A DNA stretch of 62,917 bases, filler included, from Octopus bimaculoides (lineage: Eukaryota), in the NCBI RefSeq assembly GCF_001194135.2. It is 6 parts of 5 records of this genome, joined end to end, with 100 filler letters (N's around TTAATTAATTAA, not from the genome) between each part and the next. Parts side by side here need not be neighbours in the genome. Positions count along the whole stretch, not along the records: positions 32,953 to 47,385 come from NC_068982.1; positions 47,486 to 55,447 come from NC_068982.1; 4 more parts are not named here. One strand, written 5' to 3'. Of the stretch, positions 39,396-51,539 are shown in pieces. Each line of letters begins with the position of its first letter. Position 1 is the stretch's first letter. The notes under the pieces are model-generated. The model was not told the origin of the DNA. It worked only from the letters and a program-made list of their open reading frames with translations, and searched no databases. Both the position numbers and the translations under genes were made by a program.

Positions 39396-39562
39396 ATACC
39401 CGTCGCTAAAGGGTGCACTGGACGACACTGCTCCCTCACTATTCAATGATGCACCCTCAGATTTAGAAAATATAATTTACAAAAGTCTTTCCGCAATACT
39501 AACTTGTGCTCACCGAGAATGTTCTGAAGCATCCCAAGGCATCAAAATCTGGTGACGAGCCT

Positions 39563-39598
<36 letters not shown>

Positions 39599-40070
39599 CA
39601 TATGTGTGTATGTACGAGTATGTGTGTATGTGGTATGCGTGCATGTGGTATGTGTGCTGTGAATAAAAATATGTTCCTTCATACCTCCAACTTTTTATTA
39701 TAGTCTAATGGAAAGATGTAGTAGTCAAACGATGTTCGCCTACCTTACAAGATCAAGTGACACGTCAAACACCAGTATATATTTATCCCTTCATACGCCA
39801 GCGTAGCAAAGAGTACAACGTTTTCTTACGATGTCAGGTTTAAGCAATCACTAATTTTGTTTTGCATGATGTAAAATCTGTAATTTTCGTCCGTTTGGTC
39901 AAGCATCAGGTATAAAAGCATCGTTTCCTACCTGATAGACAAGTTGTGGTCAAGGAGTGGGCAGTCGTAGGTAAGAAGCCAGCAGTTGTCACTACTGGAA
40001 CTTTCAAAGAAAGACACACACACACACTCACTCACTCACACACACACAAACATACACACAAACACACACA

Positions 40071-40111
<41 letters not shown>

Positions 40112-41514
40112 NNNNNNNNNNNNNNNNNNNNNNNNNNNNNNNNNNNNNNNNNNNNNNNNNNNNNNNNNNNNNNNNNNNNNNNNNNNNNNNNNNNNNNNNN
40201 NNNNNNNNNNNNNNNNNNNNNNNNNNNNNNNNNNNNNNNNNNNNNNNNNNNNNNNNNNNNNNNNNNNNNNNNNNNNNNNNNNNNNNNNNNNNNNNNNNNN
40301 NNNNNNNNNNNNNNNNNNNNNNNNNNNNNNNNNNNNNNNNNNNNNNNNNNNNNNNNNNNNNNNNNNNNNNNNNACACACACACACACACACACACACACA
40401 CATTCTAAAACTTATCCAAAAGAGAGGCAAAATCTTAGTGTAAACACATCTGGGAATTAAAAGAAAACACCATGACGGTAAATATAAAATGGGAAATAAT
40501 ATACTGCACGCCAACATATATAAATGGTTGTGAAATCTGTATCCTATGCACCATAGAAAAATACAACAAAACCACACGAAACTAATGCACTTTAAACAAG
40601 AGGATTGAAATCAGGTCATGCTTCAGACACCAAAACAAGTTTATCTTAAAAAATGTGGTCCAAATTCCCAGCAGGACAGATAACACCAGGGTAGCCAACT
40701 GTCACCCCCATATAGAAACTCTAACTGCAACTCACACACACACAATCGAAAACTTACCCAATGCCTCAAATTTCACATGCCTCCCAATGACTTAATACAA
40801 ACAAAATTTTTTATATGCACATGTATATACACATATACTCGACATGTACGCACATACAACCTACCGGAAAACTTATACAAACAAAATACAAGCAAAAGAC
40901 TTTATATGCACATGTATACAAGCATGTACTCAAACATGCACGCATATAAAACCTACATGAAAATTTCCTTGACCCAATCCGTGCACACACATACATTTGA
41001 AACCGTAAAATTTAAACAATACACGTTCACTATTGAATTATAGAAACTTCTATATGCACGTGCATATTATGTATTTATAGATATCCTCAGTTATTATAAA
41101 CATAATGAAAATCACTCTGCCATGAAAAGTCATTTACAATAGATCTCTCTTAATTCGTTTCCCCGTTAATCTTACTCATAAACGAATATTCTTTGAAAAT
41201 ACATTACAATAAAAAAAAAACCCTTTAATAAAAGAACAGACCAAACTCCAGATTGAATGAATAAGCAAATTAAAAACACACACCCATAATAAAAATTAAC
41301 CAATGAAAGAGCTAGAAAAATAAGACAGCACTCTATCAATTTTTACCTGAAGATCGCAGTGGTGTAAAATTCGAAATGCTATATAAAAGTGTAGTTTCAA
41401 TAAACTATATGTATACATGCATGCATACATACATACACACATACATACATGTAAAACTTTCCAAAAATTTAGCACATAAATACATATGCATGCAACTAGA
41501 CATAAAAACGCATC

Positions 41515-42070
41515 CATAAAACAAACATACAAATCTGCGCATACACTAACACCAAATACTGCACACACACACATATGCACAAATACCTAGATGATGTTGA
41601 TAAAAGTTCCAATGAAGGAGCCTTGAATCTATGTTAGAGTCCGGCTCTTTCTCTACGGACAAGAAATACAGAAATGAAACTGATTGATAACATACATACA
41701 TACATATATGCATACATACACATACACATACATACGTACATACATACAACTGATTCGAAGACTACGGATCCATGCCATCACTAGAACTGCAACAATCTGT
41801 AAAACCTTCCTGAAGTTTATTATTTAAGTATATATAAACAAGTCTAGGCATGCAACTATATGCATGAGAATATATAAATGAAACAAAACATACAAATCTG
41901 CACACATACATACATACACACACACATACATACATACATACACACATACATACATACAAAAATACCCTGTTGATGTTGAAATTCCAATGAAGGAGCCTTG
42001 GATCTAAGTTAGAAAACGATTCTTTCTCTATTGGCAAGAAATCTTGAAATAAAACTGAATAATGACATAC
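41515..42070 (+). repeat. Direct repeat, two ~190-bp copies about 375 bp apart
   Basis: AAACATACAAATCTGC...TTCCAATGAAGGAGCCTTG...CAAGAAAT...AAACTGA occurs twice. Confidence 0.85.
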
Positions 42071-42114
42071 ATATATACATGCATATATACACACACATAT
42101 ATTTGTTGTCACGG

Positions 42115-42540
42115 TCTCTGAATGAATATCTTCGAAAACTTTGAATCATATCCACAATAAATAGAATCTAAAGAAATAGAGCGGACAAGCATTTAAGGTG
42201 GCCTTAAGTCGCACGCAAGGGCATGTCCGAAAGTTCTTATTTCGACGTAAAATTAACGAAGCGAATGTAATTTATCTCCCCCTTGATCCCTGATGTCATC
42301 TGACAAACGCCAACCAAGATGGCAAGAATCAACCAAGCTTTACCGGCAAGAAATGGCAACCCAAATGCTTTTAAATCAGCTCCCTATGCTGGATGTTCGA
42401 GAACCAAATAAAAGGCAGATTTTCAATCCTGAGGTCATTCTGATTCCAAAAAGTTATAACGTGTCTATGTAGAGCAAATGTAGACTGAGATACAGGGGTC
42501 CCAGATAGACAGACGGACTTTCGCTTTTATTAATATAGAA
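42115..42540 (+). mobile_element. Possible non-autonomous Helitron/Helentron-like element
   Basis: 3' end GACAGACGGACTTTCGCTTTTATTAATATAGAAG resembles HINE/Lep1-type ends; start uncertain. Confidence 0.35.
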
Positions 42541-43110
42541 GCAAAAAGTTTGAGTATGTGATCAAACGCATATCTATCTCATTATATATTAGCCTACTTA
42601 ACTTTTTCTATAGCAACCGACTTATCTATTTACATAACTTTTTTACTTCGTATCCAGCAAATTTGCTTATCGATTAGATAACGTTATGTTGTACATTTGA
42701 ACTAAATAATGTCCGATAAACAACACCAAAGTCTACTTGGAGAATAAGAAAGAAAAATTCTTTGTTACAAAGTTGCCGGTGATTAGTGTCCCCCGAGGAA
42801 AGTAATTGTATAACTCTGTGCCAGTTTTGATCGAGTAGACCTATAACATCACATAGGTAATATTTAAGATTTCATAGATGGAATTTTACTCTGTATTGGT
42901 TTTATTTGCAGTCCAATGTTGGGCGGCAGATATACTGCTGGCTATAGTGAAGGGCGAGCGTACAATTTGCATGGGTTTGCATGAAAGTGCTTTCTGTTCT
43001 TAAGAAGGATCAGAAATTATGTATTGTTTCATCGTATAAAAGGAGGTTAATACGATTTTGTCCAGAGACTACGTTTTCAAAATTTTAATTTCGCAATTTC
43101 TTAATTTGTA

Positions 43111-43558
43111 ACTTTTTTCAAATTTTGTTTTTGTTATCTACGTAGAAAAATACAGAGATTACGAATCTGGGATATATATATATATTTATAGTTTAATTTT
43201 TCTTAAAGAAACACTCAATGCCCCTTCCCCCACCTCGCTCACCCATCACCTACCAGCTTTCAAAAAGCTAAAATCTCCCAATCTTTCACTTTTGTTTGAT
43301 GTTTCCCGCATGCGTAGAATTCTACTGAGATAGTAGACTTAAAAAATACGAGACCACCACCAGAAAACCCGACATACTAGAAACAACAATTAAACGACAT
43401 TATTTCTGGAGAAACTTCCTCGCTTTCCAAACAGCTAAAAGTGAAACATTTGGAGTGTGTAGCTTTTTGAAAGTGATGAGGTGATGGGTAAAATTTTTAA
43501 AGATTCGTACTCTCTGTTTTTCTCTATGGATTACCAAGAATAAAAATTTGAAAAAAGT
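43111..43558. mobile_element. Foldback element with long imperfect arms and a ~100-bp spacer
   Basis: ACTTTTTTCAAATTTT...CCCATCACCT...TTCAAAAAGCTA pairs with TAGCTTTTTGAA...AGGTGATGGG...AAAATTTGAAAAAAGT. Confidence 0.75.
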
Positions 43559-44244
43559 AAAAAATNNNNNNNNNNNNNNNNNNNNNNNNNNNNNNNNNNN
43601 NNNNNNNNNNNNNNNNNNNNNNNNNNNNNNNNNGTGTGGAGAGAGAGAAAATTAAAACATTGGGAATGTGTTTTGTGGGTGAAATCGTAATCTCCTATAT
43701 CGCAAACATGGAAATCGGAAGAAATTTAGGAAAAAAATGAGGGGGCGAACGGAAATGTCATCTCGGACATGCTAGAAAGAAGAGGTAAAGGACAGGATTT
43801 CTGGGAAAACTTCCTTTCAAGTTTATATCGAAGATCAGGCTTTTAAATACGCTCACCACTAACACAAATTAAACAATAGAAAAATATCATTTCAATTGGG
43901 TTTGAGCTGTAAGTTTGCAGGTGCGCACTGTAAGAATTAACATAATTCACACAAAAGTTTTACCTAGAGTGTGTGTATGCATGTGTGTGTGTCAAAAGAA
44001 TCTATTTTATGGCACTCTTTCAGTTGAAGAAGCAAAGTTGTCAGCTCGTCATATATGGGATCATATAATTGCTTGTTAATTTCCGCAAAATTGTTTTAAT
44101 TTCTGTATGCTTTGAAGAGAGAAGAAATTGAAAGAGAGGATAAAGTGAAAAGGCGACATTTGCTTTGAAGTGAGAGGAGAAAGTAAAAGAGAGAAGAAAG
44201 TGTAAGATGTACGTGTATATGAAATGGACGTGTGAGTGTGAGAA

Positions 44245-44275
<31 letters not shown>

Positions 44276-44348
44276 AAGAAAGAGTAAGTGAATGAAGGTG
44301 TGTGTTGTGATGTATGAAATTTTTTGCATGTATGTGCAAGTGGCACTC

Positions 44349-44382
<34 letters not shown>

Positions 44383-44383
44383 C

Positions 44384-44419
<36 letters not shown>

Positions 44420-44447
44420 ATATCTTTCACATACACGTACATAAATA

Positions 44448-44532
44448 GGCAGAGGTAAAGAATACGCACACCACCCGTTTTCGGCGTAACCCTAACCCTA
44501 AACACCGGGAGTGCGTATTCTTGGCCTTCGCC
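44448..44532. repeat. Mini hairpin element with (CCCTAA) telomeric repeats in the loop
   Basis: AAGAATACGCAC / GTGCGTATTCTT arms; TAACCCTAACCCTAA at 44487-44501. Confidence 0.75.
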
Positions 44533-44597
44533 CATAAATACATATGCATACATCTTTTTTGTGCGTGAGAGAGAGAGACAGAGAGAAAGAGAGAAAG

Positions 44598-44662
<65 letters not shown>

Positions 44663-45215
44663 GGTTGTATTTCCTCATAACATATAGAGAAATGAATGTC
44701 TTTTAATGCAATTAGTTTGGTTGTGGCTTATTTTAATACAATATTTATGTGTACATTTTCATAAATGTTTGTCTGTGTAGAATTCTACGCATGTGTGAAA
44801 CATCGGACGAAAGTGATACATTAAAAGCAAATCAAAATATTGTCCGAAAATTACCTCAAAATTGTGCGACCCATCCTAGTTGCCGAGGTTATTTTAGTTG
44901 TAAAAAAATAGTTGTTGAGTTAAAAACATAGTTTATTTGGTAGATAGATAATAAGCAACTTTCTTAATTATAATACACATGTGACTAATTCGGAGAAACA
45001 TTGCTTTCATCATTAACACATCGTCACTCTCGTAATGCAACACTGTAATTTTGGTTCAAATTGAAAGTGTAAAACTATTTTCATCTTGTAATGAAACCTG
45101 GTCGTTGTAGAGAAGTGTATTTGAAGTAACAATAGCTGGTTATTGAGATAATGTAGAAAATATGTAAATGAAAATAAAGTTTATTTGACATGTGTAACTG
45201 ATTAGGTTGTTCTGG

Positions 45216-45287
45216 AAGGCGGCAAGCTAGCAGAATCGTTAGCATGCTTGAGCGGTATTTCACCTGTCTTTACGTTCTGTGAAACAC
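45216..45287 (+). mobile_element. SINE family C head fragment
   Basis: AAGGCGGCAAGCTAGCAGAATCGTTAGCA...GCGGTATTTC...TTACGTTCTG. Confidence 0.7.
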
Positions 45288-45444
45288 GTTTAAAGTTGTT
45301 TTCTTGAATATGAATAAAAAATCATTATTTTCAATGGGATCACCAACCATAAGGATGGCTTCTTCATTAAATGTGGCCTCGTTAAAACAGCGTAAAATGT
45401 TCTTTACTATAGTTTACTATAGATGTAACGAACGCAGAAACACA

Positions 45445-45487
<43 letters not shown>

Positions 45488-45835
45488 NNNNNNNNNNNNN
45501 NNNNNNNNNNNNNNNNNNNNNNNNNNNNNNNNNNNNNNNNNNNNNNNNNNNNNNNNNNNNNNNNNNNNNNNNNNNNNNNNNNNNNNNNNNNNNNNNNNNN
45601 NNNNNNNNNNNNNNNNNNNNNNNNNNNNNNNNNNNNNNNNNNNNNNNNNNNNNNNNNNNNNNNNNNNNNNNNNNNNNNNNNNNNNNNNNNNNNNNNNNNN
45701 NNNNNNNNNNNNNNNNNNNNNNNNNNNNNNNNNNNNNNNNNNNNNNNNNNNNNNNNNNNNNNNNNNNNNNNNNNNNNNNNNNNNNNNNNNNNNNNNNNNN
45801 NNNNNNNNNNNNNNNNNNNNNNNNNNNNNNNNNNN

Positions 45836-45898
<63 letters not shown>

Positions 45899-47045
45899 TA
45901 TATATATGATAACAACCACAGACCTTTTTTCCATACACTGTGGCTGCTTCCGGCTGAGGGTCAAATTCCACACTTCAACTGCAATAATGAAACATGATAC
46001 ACGGGAATGATTTGTTTCTTCTGCGTTTCTCAATCATGATCTCTTTAATCCCGGAGGAATGAGACGTAGTTAAGGCAGAAATAAATGAGATATTTTTCTG
46101 CTATTAAAAGGGGAACCTATAGCCAAATCTGACTAAAATCATATATTACAATCTTAACATAAAAAAAGAAACAGCACAATGGATAACGTAGTATTTGATA
46201 TACTACCTGAAAGTATGATAGGGTAGTTATGATGTATGGAATGCTTCACCTCACAGGTCAGCTTGATCAGGGTTGACTTGGGGCGAAATAATAATGGTAT
46301 CTGATTCAAAAACAAGTTCAGTACAAAGGCAAAAGAAAAATAGCAATAAGAGTTGTAAAGAAACCTCCAGATAGCTATCTGACTTGCTAGAAATGTCAAC
46401 AAAGTTTCTATCCAATCACACACTACCGTCTTTAAAATCTCATATTACCAAAGTCGATATAGTCAGACTCTAAAAAAAAAAATTATCTGAAAGAAAAAAA
46501 CACACACACAAGTTAATAATGACTGGAACATAATGGTCTGCTGGATCAAGACGGATCTAGGGATAACAACAAAAAAGTAGAACAACTTATTTGCTACTGA
46601 ATAAAAATAAAGATATATGAGTTGTATATTCGATAAGCAAAAATAATAAAAAGATACCGAAAAGAGAAACGTATTAAAGCAGTTAAAATATGCAGTAATT
46701 TGACTCTTAGCTAGTATGGTTACATGAATACGACCTTTGCTGATGAGTTAATCCGTTCTTTATAGTTGACTGATGAACACGTTAAAACTTGAAAAGCATG
46801 CATCAGCTGCTCATCAAACAGTTCCTTATAACCTGTAGGCGCAGTCATTTCAGTACACACACACTCATACGTACATGCACTCACTCTTAATTTTCTCTCG
46901 TTTCGTTTTTGCATATATACACATACGCATAAGGTCTACTTTTATTCTATAACTTTTACTCTATAACTTTTTTCCTTCCTTGAGCGTCAACCTAATAATA
47001 TTTACTATGAACATACTTTCGACTTCTGTTGTTTCTTTTGTTATT

Positions 47046-47108
<63 letters not shown>

Positions 47109-47746
47109 CTTCTCACGGACGTGCTGTCACATCGGCTGCGAAGGTAAACGTTTATTTGACCTTTTACTGTCCACATTTTGTTGGAATTTTTTAATAATTT
47201 TGTTGCGAAGCACCTAGGCTTCATTTGTGTGTATTTTCAAGGGCAGGAATTGACCCCCAGGGGCAGTTTCGGCCCTAGCAAAATACAAAAATTTCCTTCT
47301 TGACATTTGAAAAATGTCGAGAAACATAATTTTGGAACGCTTGTCTTGTTCTTTTGACAAGCATTTCCCGAGGCTTCAGATGCCANNNNNNNNNNNNNNN
47401 NNNNNNNNNNNNNNNNNNNNNNNNNNNNNTTAATTAATTAANNNNNNNNNNNNNNNNNNNNNNNNNNNNNNNNNNNNNNNNNNNNTCAATACTTTATTTC
47501 ATGGTGCCATCCATTTTTATTTTATTTTATATTATATATTGTATATTATATTATATATTGTATATTCCATATTCTATACCCCACATTAGTTCTGCAGGAA
47601 TATAAATAAAACATAAAAAACAGACAGTGTTGGAACTCTTTTAAGCAAAATAATATATTCCTCTATACACAATCATACAAAAAAATCCACCTTTTTTTTG
47701 TATTTATTCTTACTCGCATGTATATATATATATATATATATATATA

Positions 47747-48075
47747 GGTGAAGGTGCTTGGCTCACCGGTCAGAGCGTCGGTCTCACAGCCATGAGGTAG
47801 TGAGTTTGACTTGACCGATTTGTTCGTTGTGTTCTTGAGCAATACACTTTATTTCACGTTGCTCCAGTCTATTAAGACGGTAGAAATAACTTTCACCGTT
47901 TCTGGTGCCAAGCTGTATCGACCTTTGCCTTGGATAAAATCAGTCGCGGGGAGAGAGGAGGCTTGTATGCATGTGTGACTACTGGTATTCCATAAACAAC
48001 CGTGCCCGGATTTGTTCCTTGACGGAGAACTTCCTAGGGCAGTCTCATAGTTATTCATGACCGAAGGGGGTCTTT
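47747..48075 (+). mobile_element. Diverged tRNA-derived SINE (family E)
   Basis: tRNA-like head GGTGAAGGTGCTTGGCTCACCGGTCAGAGC..., TGTGTTCTTGAGCAATACACT core, follows (TA)n. Confidence 0.6.
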
Positions 48076-48590
48076 TCTCTTTACACATACGAACGTATTA
48101 GGGAACGGATGCTCTTTTTCTACGCCACGCGAGCATATGCCAATGTCAGAATTTCGTCTTTAACTTCTATATTTTTTCCTATTTATCATTTTTAAATGTT
48201 ATAGCAGAGATTATATCATTCCTCGCCCAATTAAAGTATTGTTTGCCATATACTCCGAAAGAAAAGAGAATGTTACGTCAGCTTCATTTTGTTGTGAGCC
48301 GTATGTTATAAGAGTAAAATTATAACTGGTAAAATCCTGACCGAGTTAAAGTTCTCAACTGTTAATACTGGAAAATTTCAATGTATAATTCTACTGTGCT
48401 ATATAACTATATGTATTTGGTTGTGAATATAATTTCAGTATTGAATTTTCGCTTTTCTCGTCTGTTCTTCGTATTCAGTGAAAGCGACTAGTGTTACTCA
48501 CCAAAATTGCGATTAGATTTTATTTATTATTTTGCATTATAATGTATCTTTTTTGTGCTGTTTACGAGAATTTGAGCTAATATTTGTACG

Positions 48591-48629
<39 letters not shown>

Positions 48630-48980
48630 NNNNNNNNNNNNNNNNNNNNNNNNNNNNNNNNNNNNNNNNNNNNNNNNNNNNNNNNNNNNNNNNNNNNNNN
48701 NNNNNNNNNNNNNNNNNNNNNNNNNNNNNNNNNNNNNNNNNNNNNNNNNNNNNNNNNNNNNNNNNNNNNNNNNNNNNNNNNNNNNNNNNNNNNNNNNNNN
48801 NNNNNNNNNNNNNNNNNNNNNNNNNNNNNNNNNNNNNNNNNNNNNNNNNNNNNNNNNNNNNNNNNNNNNNNNNNNNNNNNNNNNNNNNNNNNNNNNNNNN
48901 NNNNNNNNNNNNNNNNNNNNNNNNNNNNNNNNNNNNNNNNNNNNNNNNNNNAGAAATATTATTATTTCTATGTTTTTCAA

Positions 48981-49273
48981 AAGGAAACTACGGCAGCGGT
49001 ACTGGATGTTAATAGTTATCGCTAAGCCACCATGGCAGTCCCAAAAATAGGACGAATGCTGCCGTTGATTAGCTCTAAGAGGCCATCGCCTTTAGGTAGC
49101 TATGTGTCACACGTATCTGTATCCATTATAATCTTCGAACAAGGGAGATCAGCCACTTCCTCTTGGTGGTCTGGCACCTACAGACTAGTTTCAGCGTATC
49201 GCCCCTTATTAATGTAGAGCGGCCGAACCCAGCAGGCATCGTTACTGACCGTCTGTACGAAGGATTATTTACC
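48981..49273 (-). mobile_element. Inverted, circularly permuted copy of the 346-bp hammerhead repeat unit
   Basis: Reverse complement aligns to 49454-49631 then 49286-49387. Confidence 0.9.
49178..49217 (-). ncRNA. Type I hammerhead motif, U3/A8 variant, with a G5A change and weakened stem II
   Basis: Reverse complement CTACA-TTAATAA-GGGG-CGATA-CGCT-GAAA-CTAGT-C-TGTAG. Confidence 0.7.
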
Positions 49274-49285
49274 TAGAGGTTATGT

Positions 49286-49703
49286 CCTCTTGGAGCTAAT
49301 CAACGGCAGCATTCGTCCTATTTTTTGGACTGCCATGTTGGCTTGGCGATAACTATTAATATCCAGTACCGCTGCTGTAGTCTCCTTTAGAGAGACTTAG
49401 AAATATCAATATTTCTTCTTTAGAAAACCAGTGGATGTATTCCACCGAATTTTGGTAAATAATCCTTCGTAGAAACGCAAGCTGGGTTCGGCTGCTCTAC
49501 ATTGATAAGGGACAATACCCCGAAACTAGTTGGTAGATGCCACACAAGCAAGGGGAAGCGGCTGACTTCTCCTGTTCGAAGGTTATAATGGACACAGGTT
49601 TGCGTGTCATATAGCTAGCTAAAGGCGATAGCCTCTTGGAGCTAATCAACGGCAGCATTCGCCCTATTTTTTGACTTGCCGTGTTAGCTTGGCGATAACT
49701 ATT
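49286..49703 (+). mobile_element. Head-to-tail tandem repeat, 346-bp unit plus a 72-bp partial unit (retrozyme-like)
   Basis: CCTCTTGGAGCTAATCAACGGCAGCATTCG recurs at 49286 and 49632; no ORF; one hammerhead per unit. Confidence 0.9.
49497..49536 (+). ncRNA. Type I hammerhead motif, U3-A8 variant, altered at the cleavage site
   Basis: CTACA-TTGATAA-GGGA-CAATA-CCCC-GAAA-CTAGT-T-GGTAG. Confidence 0.75.
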
Positions 49704-50636
49704 GGTATCTGTTAAACTATAGATTAATTGTAGTTTTATGAGAATGAACAGTGAACTTTGAATTTTCGATCAGGTTCCTTGAAAATATTAATATGTTATT
49801 TTAAAGTAGTCAACTTCGTAGTCGTTCACATTTTTATATTTCATATGTCATGGTCATAGACGTTGATATAGGGGTATCGCATGTTATGAGGTTTCGGTTG
49901 AAATTTGTACAATATAAACATCTATATTATCACCACTAGGTATCTGCTATATATCGATCGGCACGTATATTTGACATCTATTTATACAAAATGAGTAAGT
50001 TATTTAATTACAAACATAATACTGTTTGACAGACATAACGATGCTGCTTTTTGATAATTGTGGCATTATTTTTCTGGATTCATCTTACACTGCTAGTTTC
50101 TCAATATATAGGAGCAATTTGTATTCTGGCTTTTGAAAATTTTGCGAGTGGGCGACGTGTACGGTTTAAACAATCTTCTATTTCCAAGTCGCATGATAAT
50201 ATAAATAGATTCTTCATTGATGTCATAGTTTTGTTTTTCTAAGAATTCGTCATATTGTGAGATAAAATTCATCCATATACGTATTCGCGTATTCATACAT
50301 AGTTTTGTTTTGTCTTATTGAAAGGCATGTTGTTTCAGAACAATTCTGTATTGTGCTCGAATGTTTATCAGTAACTGATATTATAAATATTAAAGTTTAT
50401 CCGCTTAGCTTGTTTGAAGAAATCGGATTTGAAAACATTCAGTAGGTATTTTATACTTTATGCCTTGCAGGCGTAGCTTTGTGTGAAAATTACAATCTGA
50501 AAGAAGGGAGCCTTCAAGCATATTGTTTTTGAGATGTCTTCATTTCCTTAGATAACAAACATTGTGTATGCGTTGTCTATTGAGATGTGTGATGGCGTAG
50601 TTACAAATCCGGCGGAGCCATGTTTCATAGGTGACC

Positions 50637-50740
50637 GGTAAATTCCCCCATGGTAAATTCCACCACGGCAGATTCCACCTGGCAAATTACACTATAGTAA
50701 ATTCCACCACGGTACATTCCACCATGGTCACTTCCATCAT
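50637..50740. repeat. 15-bp minisatellite (GGTAAATTCCACCAY, about 7 units), followed by (ATT)n to 50816
   Basis: Seen directly. Confidence 0.9.
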
Positions 50741-50752
50741 AGGTGAAATTTG

Positions 50753-50816
<64 letters not shown>

Positions 50817-50859
50817 CATTCCTTCGTAACACAGTGCAGGTAAAAATGCACCAGTCTTT

Positions 50860-51537
50860 ATAGTCATCTGTCAAATACCAAGAAGTACCTCAGACAGATA
50901 ATACTTTTTGAAGTTTTGTAGTTTCAATGGGATTCAGCCCAACGCTCCGATCATCAATGGTATCACTTTAAATTACCCTCTCGCATTCCATACAGTCTTG
51001 CCATTTCCACTTTCAATACGCAGCACTTGGCGATTTTTTTCAATCTCTTTACCCACAACATTCATGTCATTTGGTATGGCTACATCAATGATCTGACGGT
51101 ATTTGTCTCTCTTATTCAATATGAAAATATCCGACCTACCGTGTTCGATTACATGATCTGTCTGAAAATCATACTCCCAGCGTATCGTTACCTTTCCATC
51201 GTCCTGCATAACTTTACTTGATACATGCTCATACTAGTTCTCTGTTACATCGTATTGGTATTTACGACATAAGAGACAATGAAGATACACACACACTTTA
51301 TCGTGGCGGCCATTGCACTCTTTTTGTGCAAGGTTCTCAGATTCGCTTACCAAATGGGTCACATTTTCCACACTCTTACCACAGAGTCTCCATTTCTGGG
51401 TGTCAGAAGTTTTATAGATGTTATACTTCACCGATTTGAGAGCAATAGTCTGGTCTTCTGCAACACTGATCAAGCATTCGGTGGTATGCTTCAAATCAGC
51501 TTGCTGAAACCATGTCCACGATGCTGTATCATACTTA
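50860..51537 (-). pseudogene. Decayed RLE-type LINE (R4/Dong-like), C-terminal region
   Basis: WRLCGKSVENVTHLVS, RHDKVCVYLH and WEYDFQTDHVIEHGRSDIFILNK...IIDVAIPND. Confidence 0.88.
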
Positions 51538-51539
51538 AC

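Noticed and set aside
49286-49703. CRISPR-like array interpretation of the repeats here and at 50637-50740
   Set aside because: No unique spacers between constant short repeats, eukaryotic context and no cas genes
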